A stretch of DNA of 64,000 nt. It comes from Bacteroidia bacterium (GTDB lineage Bacteria > Bacteroidota > Bacteroidia > B-17B0 > Aurantibacillaceae). Position numbers and translations under genes: made by a program. Positions 28,543 through 38,293 of this stretch are shown here, one piece after another (the stretch's first letter is position 1; each line of letters opens with the position of its first letter). The stretch lies in NCBI GenBank assembly GCA_020846335.1, contig JADLED010000087.1, positions 9,032-73,031 of the forward strand, read 5' to 3'. Under the pieces are notes generated by a model that was not told the DNA's origin, ran no database searches, and worked only from the letters and a program-made list of their open reading frames with translations.

Positions 28543-29159
28543 TATTTGAATAAACCGTTTAGCTCAGCGTCAATCATGCGTATCACTTTTCCCAAATCTT
28601 CCTTGCTTTCGCTGAAATTAATATCGTCCACATCCACCACCATAATTTTACCTGATTCGTAAGACGAATGCCAAGCTTCGTAACGCTCGTTAAGGCGTTT
28701 TAAATAATCCAAACGGATGCTGTTTTCGTAATCACGGCCACGTTTTTGAATTTGTTTTACAAGCGTTGGCACACTGGCTCTTAGGTAAATGATTAAATCG
28801 GGCGCTTTTACCAAACTTTCCATTAACTTAAACAGGGCAAAATAATTGTCGTAATCGCGCGAGGTCATTAAACCCATGGCATGAAGATTTGGTGCAAAAA
28901 TATACGCATCTTCATAAATGGTTCTGTCCTGCACCACGGTATGTTTTCCTTTACGGATATCAAGAATCTGACTAAAACGGTTGTTTAAAAAGTACACCTG
29001 AAGATTAAAGGACCAACGTTGCATGTCTTCGTAAAAATCATTCAAATACGGATTGTCGTCAGCGTCTTCGTAATGAGCATGCCATTTATAATGTTTGGCC
29101 AAAAGAGATGTTAAAGTAGTTTTTCCCGACCCAATGTTTCCCGCAATTGCAATGTGCAT
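28542..29159 (-). CDS. Deoxynucleoside kinase
   Basis: IAIAGNIGSGKTT P-loop, DRTIYED, IQKRGRDYE. Confidence 0.93.
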   Translation of the reverse strand: MHIAIAGNIGSGKTTLTSLLAKHYKWHAHYEDADDNPYLNDFYEDMQRWSFNLQVYFLNNRFSQILDIRKGKHTVVQDRTIYEDAYIFAPNLHAMGLMTSRDYDNYFALFKLMESLVKAPDLIIYLRASVPTLVKQIQKRGRDYENSIRLDYLKRLNERYEAWHSSYESGKIMVVDVDDINFSESKEDLGKVIRMIDAELNGLFK

Positions 29160-29253
29160 ACCTGTCTGTTAAATATTAGCCTAAATTATAAAAATAACTT
29201 ACAAAAAGCAAAAATTAATTGACAAAGGTCAATTTTAATTCGATGAAAATCAA

Positions 29254-30279
29254 CTACTTGATACTCCCTTTTTCTTTTTCGGCAAGATAGATGGCGCAAA
29301 TTTCGGCAAGGCATTTCTCTACAGGCATAAAGCTAAGTAAACCGGTAGCGTTAATTTTGTGATTGCTGTACAACTGCTTGTTCAGTGCCGAATTAATGAG
29401 CGAGTGGGTTAACACGAGCTTTCTTCCAAACACAAAAGAAATTACCGAGTCGGCCATCCAGCCCAAATACAGTATGGGTTTGGTGGCGTTAATGCGTGGC
29501 AATGGCTTTTTAAAATTGGCATGTATCCAGTTAAAAACGGTTTTAAAGGGGTAGTTGTTTTCAATTAATATGTAACGGTTCGAAAATTTTTGTGCGTCCA
29601 CCAGTTTCAGCATGGCAGCAGCCACATCGCGGGCGGCCACATAACCGGTAGAACCTGCCGTGTAAAATAAATTGCCTTTGTAACAGGTGTCGAAAATGCG
29701 GGAACTGCTTTGGTCCCAAAATCCGGGAGACAATACCACGCCGGGATTCACAATCACGGCATTAAGCCCTTCTTCCATGCCCCGCCAAACCTCGCGTTCG
29801 GCGTTGTATTTGCTCATGGCGTAATCGCTTTCCTTTCCCGAAAGTTTCCAAAAAACCTCTTCGCTTAATGGCAGGGTGTAATCCTGATTGTTGATGGTAG
29901 CCATTGAACTAACGTGGCAAAAGGCTTTTATGTTTTTGTGTAAACAGGCATCCACCAGTAATTTTGTGCCCTGATGGTTTACCTCCATTAATTTTTTTCG
30001 TTGGTTGCGGTTAAAGGATACAAAGCCCGCGCAATGATACACTGTGTCTATTCCTTCCAATGCATCGTCCACCGAAAACGAATCGCGGATATCAAGATCA
30101 ATCCATTTTATTTTGGCAAATAGTGCGGTGTAATCGCTGGTGTAATACGAAAAAAGTTTTTCAACGCGCTTTAAATCGCTGTTCTTTTGTTTGCAGGCGG
30201 TTACAGGCCTGTTGGCTTGCAGCAAAGCCAGTAACACATGGCTTCCAATAATTCCGGTGGCTCCTGTAACAAGATTCAA
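29254..30279 (-). CDS. NAD-dependent epimerase/dehydratase
   Basis: LVTGATGIIG, YHCAG, YAMSK (YxxxK), VIVNPGVV. Confidence 0.9.
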   Translation of the reverse strand: MNLVTGATGIIGSHVLLALLQANRPVTACKQKNSDLKRVEKLFSYYTSDYTALFAKIKWIDLDIRDSFSVDDALEGIDTVYHCAGFVSFNRNQRKKLMEVNHQGTKLLVDACLHKNIKAFCHVSSMATINNQDYTLPLSEEVFWKLSGKESDYAMSKYNAEREVWRGMEEGLNAVIVNPGVVLSPGFWDQSSSRIFDTCYKGNLFYTAGSTGYVAARDVAAAMLKLVDAQKFSNRYILIENNYPFKTVFNWIHANFKKPLPRINATKPILYLGWMADSVISFVFGRKLVLTHSLINSALNKQLYSNHKINATGLLSFMPVEKCLAEICAIYLAEKEKGSIK

Positions 30280-30288
30280 AACAAAATT

Positions 30289-30921
30289 TTAAACAAAGGT
30301 GAGGGTTTGAAGTCCAAAAAACAAGCCTGACTGAACCAATAATCCCAACAAAAATCCGAAGTAAAGCTGATACGGTTTGTGCTCGTTTAATATAAGCCTT
30401 GAAGTGCCAACCAAACCGGCAACAATTAACAATGCAATGTAATATGGGGTGAGGTTAAACTGAATGAGGTAGGAAATGGAGATTAGTCCTCCCAACAAAC
30501 CGCCAATGCCCACCATGTGCGCGCTGATTTTAAATTTAAGGTTGATTAAAGCTGTCAGCACTATGGATAATCCACCGCCAATAATTAAAAGTTTTATCAC
30601 CATCCAGATGTTGGTGTCTAAAAACAAATAAAACAAACCAAAATAAAACAGAGCGGTCATTATATAAGGATAAGTGCGGTCGCCCTGCTCTGAAAGTGTG
30701 ATAGATGGAATGCGTTTTAATTTATAGAGAATAAAAATATTGAGCACCGGAAACATGAACGTGAACACAAACACAAATAAAGAAATGCGCCATTTGTTGG
30801 CGGGCGCAGTCATGTAATCGTAAATGGTATCGTTAATGCCAAAAAAAAGCAACAAACAGCCGTAAGTGGCCATGAGCAAGGGATGAAACAATACTGAAAT
30901 TATTAATGCCAGGCTTCTCAA
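30289..30921 (-). CDS. PAP2-like membrane protein
   Basis: Multi-TM with KISAH and SRLILNEH motifs. Confidence 0.7.
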   Translation of the reverse strand: MRSLALIISVLFHPLLMATYGCLLLFFGINDTIYDYMTAPANKWRISLFVFVFTFMFPVLNIFILYKLKRIPSITLSEQGDRTYPYIMTALFYFGLFYLFLDTNIWMVIKLLIIGGGLSIVLTALINLKFKISAHMVGIGGLLGGLISISYLIQFNLTPYYIALLIVAGLVGTSRLILNEHKPYQLYFGFLLGLLVQSGLFFGLQTLTFV

Positions 30922-30922
30922 C

Positions 30923-31912
30923 TTACGAAAGTAATTTAGTTAGCTGACTAATTTCTTTGCGCACATCGCGCTTTTGGTAGATGATATGATACACTGCTTC
31001 GGTAATGGGCATGTGTACTTTGTAACTTTTGTTTATTTCGTAAACGCACTTTACCGCGTAATAACCTTCGGCAATCATGTTCATTTCGAGCTGGGCCTGC
31101 TTAACGCTGTAGCCTTTGCCAAGCATGGTACCAAACATGCGGTTACGGCTAAACTGCGAGTAAGCGGTTACCAATAAATCGCCCAAATAGGCCGAGGCGT
31201 TGATGTCGCGGTTAATTGGGTGTACCACATCCACAAAGCGTTTTATTTCCTGTATGGCATTGCTTACCAAAACGGCTAAAAAATTATCGCCGTAGCCCAA
31301 ACCATGGCAAATGCCACCGGCCACAGCCACTACGTTTTTGAGTACCGCCGAATATTCGGTGCCGTAAATATCGTCGCTAACCGTAGAGCTTAAATAACGG
31401 CAATTGAGAAGGCCACTTATTTTTTTTGCACTGTCGGTGTTTAAGGAGGCAATTGTGAGATAGCTTAATTTTTCAAGCGCCACTTCTTCGGCATGGCAGG
31501 GACCTGTAATTACCCCGATGTTTTGCAAAGGCACGTTGTAAACCTTGTGAAGGTATTCGCCAACAATTAAATTATTTTGTGGCACAATGCCTTTAATGGC
31601 CGAAAACAGCATTTTTCCCTCAAGGTCCTTTTTATCAATGCTGCTCATTACGTCGTGCAAAAAAGCAGATGGAATGGCCAACACAATGTAATCGGCTGTT
31701 TTCAGGGAATCGCTTAACGAATCGAAAAAGTTAATTTTTGATATATCAAATTCAACAGATGTGAGGTAGCGTGGGTTGTTGCTGAATTCTTTAAAGTAGC
31801 TGATGTCTTCGGGTTTGCGCACATACCAGTTTATGCCCGTTGTGTTATTTAAAAACAACTTGGCAAGTGCCGTGGCCCAGCTTCCGTTTCCTATAATAGC
31901 TACCCTGTTCAA
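30923..31912 (-). CDS. gpsA: NAD(P)H-dependent glycerol-3-phosphate dehydrogenase
   Basis: IIGNGSWATA, AIKG, GPCHAEEV, LKN, GDLLVTAYSQFSRNR. Confidence 0.95.
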   Translation of the reverse strand: MNRVAIIGNGSWATALAKLFLNNTTGINWYVRKPEDISYFKEFSNNPRYLTSVEFDISKINFFDSLSDSLKTADYIVLAIPSAFLHDVMSSIDKKDLEGKMLFSAIKGIVPQNNLIVGEYLHKVYNVPLQNIGVITGPCHAEEVALEKLSYLTIASLNTDSAKKISGLLNCRYLSSTVSDDIYGTEYSAVLKNVVAVAGGICHGLGYGDNFLAVLVSNAIQEIKRFVDVVHPINRDINASAYLGDLLVTAYSQFSRNRMFGTMLGKGYSVKQAQLEMNMIAEGYYAVKCVYEINKSYKVHMPITEAVYHIIYQKRDVRKEISQLTKLLS

Positions 31913-31934
31913 TGTGTGATTTTATCGGATGAAT

Positions 31935-32630
31935 TTACACAAAAATTATGTCTTCGTCACTTAAATTTCCGAGGCCGGCAAAGCGATTATACACCCTGGC
32001 CAGTGTGATTACATCTTTGAGGCAATAGGTTTCTATTTTTTTCAAATTATTTTCTTCGTAAAATGTTTTACCCACCATGCTGCCATCCATGTCGTCTTTA
32101 GGCGATGGGATGTTAAACACATGCGCCAGTAAATTGAGTGAGGAAAAATTTTTAACATCGCCAAACTTCCACAAATCCATGGTGTCAATGTGTTTAACCT
32201 CCCAGGGTTTTTTGCCCTGTATTTGCAGGGTTTTTGGCAGTGGCATGTTGTTGATTAAAAACCGTCGGCACAAAAACGGGAAATCGAATTCTTTGCCATT
32301 GTGCGCACATAATAAATGATTTTCGGTATTAAAGTGTTGTTTTAAAAGTTCAGAAAACTGCTGTAAAATTTCAACCTCGTTGGCCGAAGCAATTGTTTTT
32401 ACCCTGAATTTATTTTGTGTGTAATAACCCAAACCAATGCAAACCACTTTGGCAAACTCGGCGTAAATACCGGCTTTGGCGTACTGCTGTGCCGCTGTTA
32501 CTTCTTTACTGTACTGCCATTTTTTGTCCCAGAGTTCGCGGGTGCTTTCGTTAAGGTTGTCGTAATTGTAAACCAATGGTACTGTTTCAATATCCAGAAA
32601 CAATATTTTTTCCAATCCTGCTTTTGTCAT
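31935..32630 (-). CDS. DnaQ/PolB-like 3'-5' exonuclease
   Basis: ExoI LDIET, ExoII HNGKEFDFP, ExoIII YCLKD. Confidence 0.88.
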   Translation of the reverse strand: MTKAGLEKILFLDIETVPLVYNYDNLNESTRELWDKKWQYSKEVTAAQQYAKAGIYAEFAKVVCIGLGYYTQNKFRVKTIASANEVEILQQFSELLKQHFNTENHLLCAHNGKEFDFPFLCRRFLINNMPLPKTLQIQGKKPWEVKHIDTMDLWKFGDVKNFSSLNLLAHVFNIPSPKDDMDGSMVGKTFYEENNLKKIETYCLKDVITLARVYNRFAGLGNLSDEDIIFV

Positions 32631-32640
32631 TTTTTTTAGT

Positions 32641-32745
32641 TCCGGCTTTGCAGAGAAAAAGCCTTTAGTAGTTTAACATCGCCCGTTCCTCTGCCAACGG
32701 GTGGATTAACAGTAACCTGAAGAAAACAGAGTGTTGTGTTCCGGA
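32641..32745 (-). ncRNA. ssrS: Probable 6S-like RNA (6S-Flavo type)
   Basis: 105-nt intergenic rod: UCCGG/CCGGA closing stem, apical CCCGUU/AACGGG, UUAAU/GUUAA stem, central unpaired regions. GAUGUUAAAC segment resembles Bacteroidota 6S RNAs (from recall); strand inferred. Confidence 0.5.
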
Positions 32746-33147
32746 TTACTTATAGTCTTTTGGTTGAATCAATAATGTACAAATGGGTTTGTTTGATTTA
32801 TCACGGTAGGCATAATAAAGTATTGTATTATTATCCCGAAGCTTTTTCATATCCTGACTTACCTTAATGTTGCTTACCAGGCCCGGCCACATGGCGCGGT
32901 TAAAGGCCACGGTATCCACATCTTCACTTTTTATATTTACCAGGGTGTATTTATAAATGATGGTGTTGGGTGCTCCCACTTCAATGCCATCCAGTCTGGT
33001 TTCCGAATCGAGCATTTGCGGGCACTTGCGGTTTATCTGATCGGCGATGCCTCTTAATTCGGTGAGGTAATTTACTTCGGAGCTACACGAAAGCAAAACA
33101 ACTATTAAAAAACTGAAGGCTACTGCAATGATTGATTTCGATTTCAT
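32746..33147 (-). CDS. Hypothetical lipoprotein
   Basis: Lipobox VLLS-C; 133 aa. Confidence 0.8.
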   Translation of the reverse strand: MKSKSIIAVAFSFLIVVLLSCSSEVNYLTELRGIADQINRKCPQMLDSETRLDGIEVGAPNTIIYKYTLVNIKSEDVDTVAFNRAMWPGLVSNIKVSQDMKKLRDNNTILYYAYRDKSNKPICTLLIQPKDYK

Positions 33148-33156
33148 ATTGAGTGA

Positions 33157-35835
33157 TTACTTAGAACGGTTATACATTTTATTGAGAATGTCTTTGGTTT
33201 CGGCGGCCAGTTTTAGTTCCTTTTCAATTTCAGCCACATCGCGGTTTTCTTTTTTAGCTGCTTCCAAACGGGCCATTAATCCAGCCTCACGCGACTCCCA
33301 ATTCGACGCTAAATCTTTAATTCCTTTAATGATTCCGAATTTTAAAAACTTTGGTGCGCCTTTACTCATGGCTTCCATGTCCATGGCCGCTGAAATGGCA
33401 CTCGAAGAATTTAAACAACGCTTGGCTGTTTTGGTGTAAGACGACATAAAGCTCAATACCTCAAACCCGTTAAAATATTTGAGTGCATTGTGGAAAAAAA
33501 GTATCTGATCATCGGCACCGTAATTGGCATATAAGCTGGCAACCGGAAAAAGTACATCCTTACCACTTTCGTTTTCAAGTTGTTTGGCTTTTTCCATGGC
33601 CAGTTTCGGGTTGCTTTTTGCAATGGCACGAAATGCCTCGCCACAAATGGCGTAAGATGTTTCGTTAAGCGCCGGCTCATTTAAACCTATTATATCCACA
33701 TCGTTAGCAAATTTATAGTTTAATGAGGCCAATGCTTTGGCACGAGTGGTTGTTTTTTTATCGCTTTTGTAAATCGAAAGCAGAATTGGTTTTATTTCAG
33801 GCAATTTATCGTCCGAAACTTTTTCGAGTTTTATAATTGCAAAATTTCTGATGGCATAAAATTTATCGTTTTGCGCAGCATTCTTAAACAATTCTAAAAC
33901 AGCAGGCTCGTTTATTTTCGAATCCAGTTCTTTGAGCGCCTCAATTCTGTCGCCATAAAGCGGTGCATTGTTGTATTGATAGATGTATTCGGCATCGGAT
34001 TTTTTATACTCCAAATCGCAAAGTAATTGGCGTTCGGCATCAAAGTTTACCAGCTTAATTGCGCCGGTTGCAACCAGTGTAAAGGTTTGTTTTACATCGT
34101 CTATCACAAGGTGGTGTCTTTTCATTCCTGCTGTGGTGTAAACATCCACTTCAAGTGGCAGCGTGTAAAGCGGTGCTTTTTTAGCGTCCTGTATTTGCTC
34201 CACGGTTAGTTCAACAATGGAGTTAACAGCATTGTGGCTGTAGCTTACTTTTAATTTAGGTCGCCCTTTATTTAAAAACCATTGGTTAAAAAACCAGTTC
34301 ATGTCGCGGCCGGTAGTTTCTTCAAATGCCAAACGCAGGTTGTGTATTTCGGCACTTTTGTAACTGTTGCTTTTAAGGTAATTTTTCAGGGAAGCAAAAA
34401 ACGCCTCATCGCCCACGGCTTTGCGCAACATGTGCAATACCTGCCCGCCTTTGTTATAGCTAAAGGCATCAAACATGTCTTCCTTGTCCTTGTAATTAAA
34501 ACGAATTAAATCCACTTCTTTTTGAGATGTCATGTAACCTTCTCTGCTGCGCATGGAGTGATAATCGGCGGCATCACGGCCATTTTTATATTCTTCCCAC
34601 AGGTACTCGCCGTAGGTGGCAAAACTTTCGTTGAGTGGCAAATTGCTCCAACTCTCGCTGGTAACAAGGTCGCCAAACCATTGATGAAACAATTCGTGAG
34701 CAATAACCCCATCACCTTTGCGTTCGTCAATCATTTCGCGTGTGGTTTGATACACCATAAAATCGCCGTGCAGTGTGGCGCTGGTATTTTCCATGGCACC
34801 ACTCACATAGTCGCGCACAACAATCTGCGAGTACTTTGGCCATGGGTAATCCACGCCGAGTTTTTTAGAGTAGAAATCAATCATCTCTTTGGTGTTGCCA
34901 AAAATTTCCATGGCGTGTACTTCATAATCCTTCTCTACATAAAAGCTCACTTCTTTTCCATTCCAGGGTGTATCTATTACTTTTTTAAATTCGCCAACGC
35001 CCATCATGGCCAGATAAGGCGCGTGAGGCTGCTCTTGTTTCCAGTGGTCGGTGCGTGTGCCGTCGGCATTTTTTTTACTGTCGGCCAAAACCCCGTTAGA
35101 CAAAGTGGTGAAACGGTTTTCAACGGTCATGTAAATTTCCTGAGTCATTTTTTCGTTCGGACTATCAATGGTAGGCATCCACACAGAGGTGGCCTGGGTT
35201 TCGCCCTGAGTCCAAATCTGCGGCATTTTAAAAGCGTTTTCGCCTGTGGGATTTATAAAGTAAAGGCCTTTATCGTCGCTAATGGCGCGGCTTCCTCCTT
35301 CCACCTTTAGCTCATTGGGTTTGGCCACATAGTCGATTACCACAGTATAATTTTGTTCGGCGGTAAATGTTTTTCCAAGGTTAATTTTAAGCGAATCGTT
35401 TTCGTAAACAAACGACGATGAAAGTGGTTTTAATTCTTCAAATTTTAAAGGGCTTGGTTTGTCGCCGGTTTTTTTTGGTGGAGTAAAAGATGGTTCAAAC
35501 AGCTCCACTTTTTTTATCTCCATTCCTTTGGCATTCAGGTAAAGCATGTTGGTGGGATAAAAATACGGACGGGCCTCGATGGCAGCCTTACCATTCATGC
35601 GGCAATTGGTCCAGTCAAAATTTACATCCAGTCGCGTATGAATAATGTCGCTGCTACGGGTGTTGGTGGCCCGGTAAATTTCTTTTTTTAAAACAAGAGG
35701 TGCTGTGCTGTCGGCAGTTTTGTTTTCAGTTTTTGCAATTGGGTTAACAATCGCAGCGGGAGCATTTGTTTTTTTTGAAGAATGGCAGGCCGAAAAAAAT
35801 GCAGCAGCCGCAAGTAGGTAGCTTATTTGACGCAT
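33157..35835 (-). CDS. M1 family aminopeptidase, lipoprotein, with C-terminal HEAT-like repeats
   Basis: Lipobox FSA-C; GAMEN; HELFHQWFG...NESFA (HEXXH-18-E). Confidence 0.93.
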   Translation of the reverse strand: MRQISYLLAAAAFFSACHSSKKTNAPAAIVNPIAKTENKTADSTAPLVLKKEIYRATNTRSSDIIHTRLDVNFDWTNCRMNGKAAIEARPYFYPTNMLYLNAKGMEIKKVELFEPSFTPPKKTGDKPSPLKFEELKPLSSSFVYENDSLKINLGKTFTAEQNYTVVIDYVAKPNELKVEGGSRAISDDKGLYFINPTGENAFKMPQIWTQGETQATSVWMPTIDSPNEKMTQEIYMTVENRFTTLSNGVLADSKKNADGTRTDHWKQEQPHAPYLAMMGVGEFKKVIDTPWNGKEVSFYVEKDYEVHAMEIFGNTKEMIDFYSKKLGVDYPWPKYSQIVVRDYVSGAMENTSATLHGDFMVYQTTREMIDERKGDGVIAHELFHQWFGDLVTSESWSNLPLNESFATYGEYLWEEYKNGRDAADYHSMRSREGYMTSQKEVDLIRFNYKDKEDMFDAFSYNKGGQVLHMLRKAVGDEAFFASLKNYLKSNSYKSAEIHNLRLAFEETTGRDMNWFFNQWFLNKGRPKLKVSYSHNAVNSIVELTVEQIQDAKKAPLYTLPLEVDVYTTAGMKRHHLVIDDVKQTFTLVATGAIKLVNFDAERQLLCDLEYKKSDAEYIYQYNNAPLYGDRIEALKELDSKINEPAVLELFKNAAQNDKFYAIRNFAIIKLEKVSDDKLPEIKPILLSIYKSDKKTTTRAKALASLNYKFANDVDIIGLNEPALNETSYAICGEAFRAIAKSNPKLAMEKAKQLENESGKDVLFPVASLYANYGADDQILFFHNALKYFNGFEVLSFMSSYTKTAKRCLNSSSAISAAMDMEAMSKGAPKFLKFGIIKGIKDLASNWESREAGLMARLEAAKKENRDVAEIEKELKLAAETKDILNKMYNRSK

Positions 35836-35890
35836 GTGTTTTTTATTGAAGTGTAAAAATGGAATAAATTAATTGAAAAGCAAAATAGCT

Positions 35891-37927
35891 TTAAGACAAC
35901 AGTTGATAGGTGCCAAATGCCGAGAGGTAGGCCAGTGCCGACATAAATGCCAGTTGTATTAAAACCCATTTCCAACTCTGCGTTTCGCGTTTAACCACAG
36001 CAATGGTGCTCATGCATTGCAGGGCAAAGGCGTAAAATATAAGTAATGACCAGCAAACGGCAGGAGTATATTTTAAAGACCCGTTTTCGTTTTTCTCGTT
36101 CTGTAGCCGATTGCGTATGCCGGAAGTATTGCCGCTGTCGCCCGACTCATAAATAGTGGCCATGGTACCTACAAATACTTCGCGGGCGGCAAAGGAAGTA
36201 ATTAAGGCAATGCCTATTTTCCAATCGAAGCCCAATGGTTTAATAGCTGGTTCAATCAGGTGACCCATTACCCCAATAAAGGATTTTTCGAGTTTAGCTG
36301 TTTCAGTTTTTTGCAATTCGTGTGCTGCTGTTGAATCGCTTGCTGCCAAAGACTCCAAGGCTACCTGCCGTGCCTCAAGTTGTTTGTATTCTTTCCCGGC
36401 CCCGTGTGAACTTAAAAACCAAAGTACAATGGAAATGGCCAGAATAATTTTTCCGGCCTCGTTCACAAACACCTTCACGCGGTTATACACCATAATGCCG
36501 ATGTTTTTTAACTGAGGCCAGCGGTAAACGGGCAACTCCATGACGAAAAAAGAAGCCTCGCGGGTTTTAATAAGCCGTTTTAAAACGTAGGCCGTAAGCA
36601 ATGTTACCACAAAACCCAACATGTAAAGCAAAAACAAAACCAGCCCTCTGGCATTAAACACACCCAAAAAATGATTGGCCGGATACATCACCGAAACTAT
36701 GAGAGTGTAAACAGGCAACCTGGCCGAGCAACTAATGAGCGGTAGAATAAAAATAGTAATGAGGCGTTCTTTAACATTGCTGATGGAGCGCGTGGCCATG
36801 ATGGAAGGCACCGCACAAGCCGTGCCACTAATGAGTGGAATTACCGATTTTCCGTTTAATCCAAAAGGCCGCATTACTTTATCCATAATAAAGCTGGCGC
36901 GTGCCATGTAGCCTGAATCTTCGAGGAAACCAATGAACAAAAACAAAAAAGCAATCTGCGGAATAAACATCATTACACCACTTACGCCGGTTAAAACCCC
37001 TTTCACCAATAAATCGTTGAGCTGCCCTTTGGGGAGACTGGTACTTATGTAATCGCCTAATGTGATAAAAAGTTGTTCTATCCAGTTCATTGGCGCTTCC
37101 GAAATAAAAAAGATGAACTGAAAAACAAGAAACAAAATCAATACTAAAAAAAGATAACCAAACACGCGGTGGGTTAAAAAAGCATCGATGCTGGTGCTGC
37201 GTTCTCGCTGCGAAAGCTGTTCGGGACTTTTTACAAAACGGTTGATTAGGTAATTAATTACATTAAAGCGGTAAATTTTATCACTGTTTTCTGCCTGTTT
37301 ATCCGGATTGGCACCCAGGGCATTTTGCTGAATAAATCCCTTGTAGTTTTTGTGTGCCAGCACAAATTCTGAATTCAGATTGTGAAAAATACTGTTGCTC
37401 ACACGGGCATTTAAGAGGGCTGTTTTTAATTTATCAAAGCCCTGCATGCCGCGCGAATCAACCGGTACCACCTCCACGTCCAGCGCTTCCGAAAGGCCTT
37501 TCACATCAATTTCGATGCCCTGTTTTTGAGCCTCGTCCATCATGTTGAGGGCTACCACGGTTTTGTAGCGCAAATCAATCAGTTGTGTGGCCAGCAAAAG
37601 ATTGCGTTTTAAACTGGTGGAATCTAAAACCACCAAAACCACGTCTATTTTTTCTTCAGGATTAAGCAGGGTTTTGCAGGCAATTACCTCATCGGCCGAT
37701 TTTGGAAATACGCTGTAAATGCCCGGTAAATCAAGCACAGAAAGGTGTATCTTTTGTTGGTTGTGGGTAAAGTAACTGTTGCCTTCAAAACGTTCGACCG
37801 TTACCCCGCTGTAATTACCTGTTTTTTGATTTAATCCTGTAAGGCCATTAAACAAGCTGGTTTTTCCCGCATTGGGATTACCCAACAAGGCAATTTTTAA
37901 CTGATTATTTTGAGCATTTGCCGACAA
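35891..37927 (-). CDS. feoB: Ferrous iron transporter B
   Basis: GNPNAGKT, GNYSGVTVE, DLPG, NMMD G-motifs plus membrane domain; TTG start. Confidence 0.96.
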   Translation of the reverse strand: MSANAQNNQLKIALLGNPNAGKTSLFNGLTGLNQKTGNYSGVTVERFEGNSYFTHNQQKIHLSVLDLPGIYSVFPKSADEVIACKTLLNPEEKIDVVLVVLDSTSLKRNLLLATQLIDLRYKTVVALNMMDEAQKQGIEIDVKGLSEALDVEVVPVDSRGMQGFDKLKTALLNARVSNSIFHNLNSEFVLAHKNYKGFIQQNALGANPDKQAENSDKIYRFNVINYLINRFVKSPEQLSQRERSTSIDAFLTHRVFGYLFLVLILFLVFQFIFFISEAPMNWIEQLFITLGDYISTSLPKGQLNDLLVKGVLTGVSGVMMFIPQIAFLFLFIGFLEDSGYMARASFIMDKVMRPFGLNGKSVIPLISGTACAVPSIMATRSISNVKERLITIFILPLISCSARLPVYTLIVSVMYPANHFLGVFNARGLVLFLLYMLGFVVTLLTAYVLKRLIKTREASFFVMELPVYRWPQLKNIGIMVYNRVKVFVNEAGKIILAISIVLWFLSSHGAGKEYKQLEARQVALESLAASDSTAAHELQKTETAKLEKSFIGVMGHLIEPAIKPLGFDWKIGIALITSFAAREVFVGTMATIYESGDSGNTSGIRNRLQNEKNENGSLKYTPAVCWSLLIFYAFALQCMSTIAVVKRETQSWKWVLIQLAFMSALAYLSAFGTYQLLS

Positions 37928-37931
37928 GTAA

Positions 37932-38159
37932 TCAGGCTACCAGTTCCACCTCAATTGTTGAAGCCTCGTCTTTACGCAGGCTGAGTTCGTAACCGGCCAC
38001 CTGAATGGCATAAGGGCAGCCAAGTGGCGCTTTTTTAGACAGTACAACGGTTTCGCCGGGCAGGCAGCCCATTTCAATTAGGCGTGTGCTTAACAGGTCG
38101 TTGCTAAACGATTTGATAATGGCCTTTTGTCCCTTTTTAAGTTCGTCTAATGAAAGCAT
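37932..38159 (-). CDS. feoA: Ferrous iron transport protein A
   Basis: RLIEMGCLPG..APLGCP..LSLRKDEA; directly upstream of feoB. Confidence 0.95.
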   Translation of the reverse strand: MLSLDELKKGQKAIIKSFSNDLLSTRLIEMGCLPGETVVLSKKAPLGCPYAIQVAGYELSLRKDEASTIEVELVA

Positions 38160-38293
38160 AATTTAACGACTTAAAGTTAAGGATTATAAAAGGGGTGCAA
38201 ATACCCTAAAAAGGGTAGCCAAAAGCCCGGTTTTTAAATTTTATGGGATTTTATCAGTATTCCTATAAATTTGTGCAGCCTCAAAGGGTAAAT

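Noticed and set aside
34522-35310. 262-aa plus-strand ORF
   Set aside because: Antisense shadow of the M1 aminopeptidase; no recognisable motifs
38160-38240. Fur box or riboswitch upstream of feoA
   Set aside because: No convincing 19-bp Fur consensus or known riboswitch core visible
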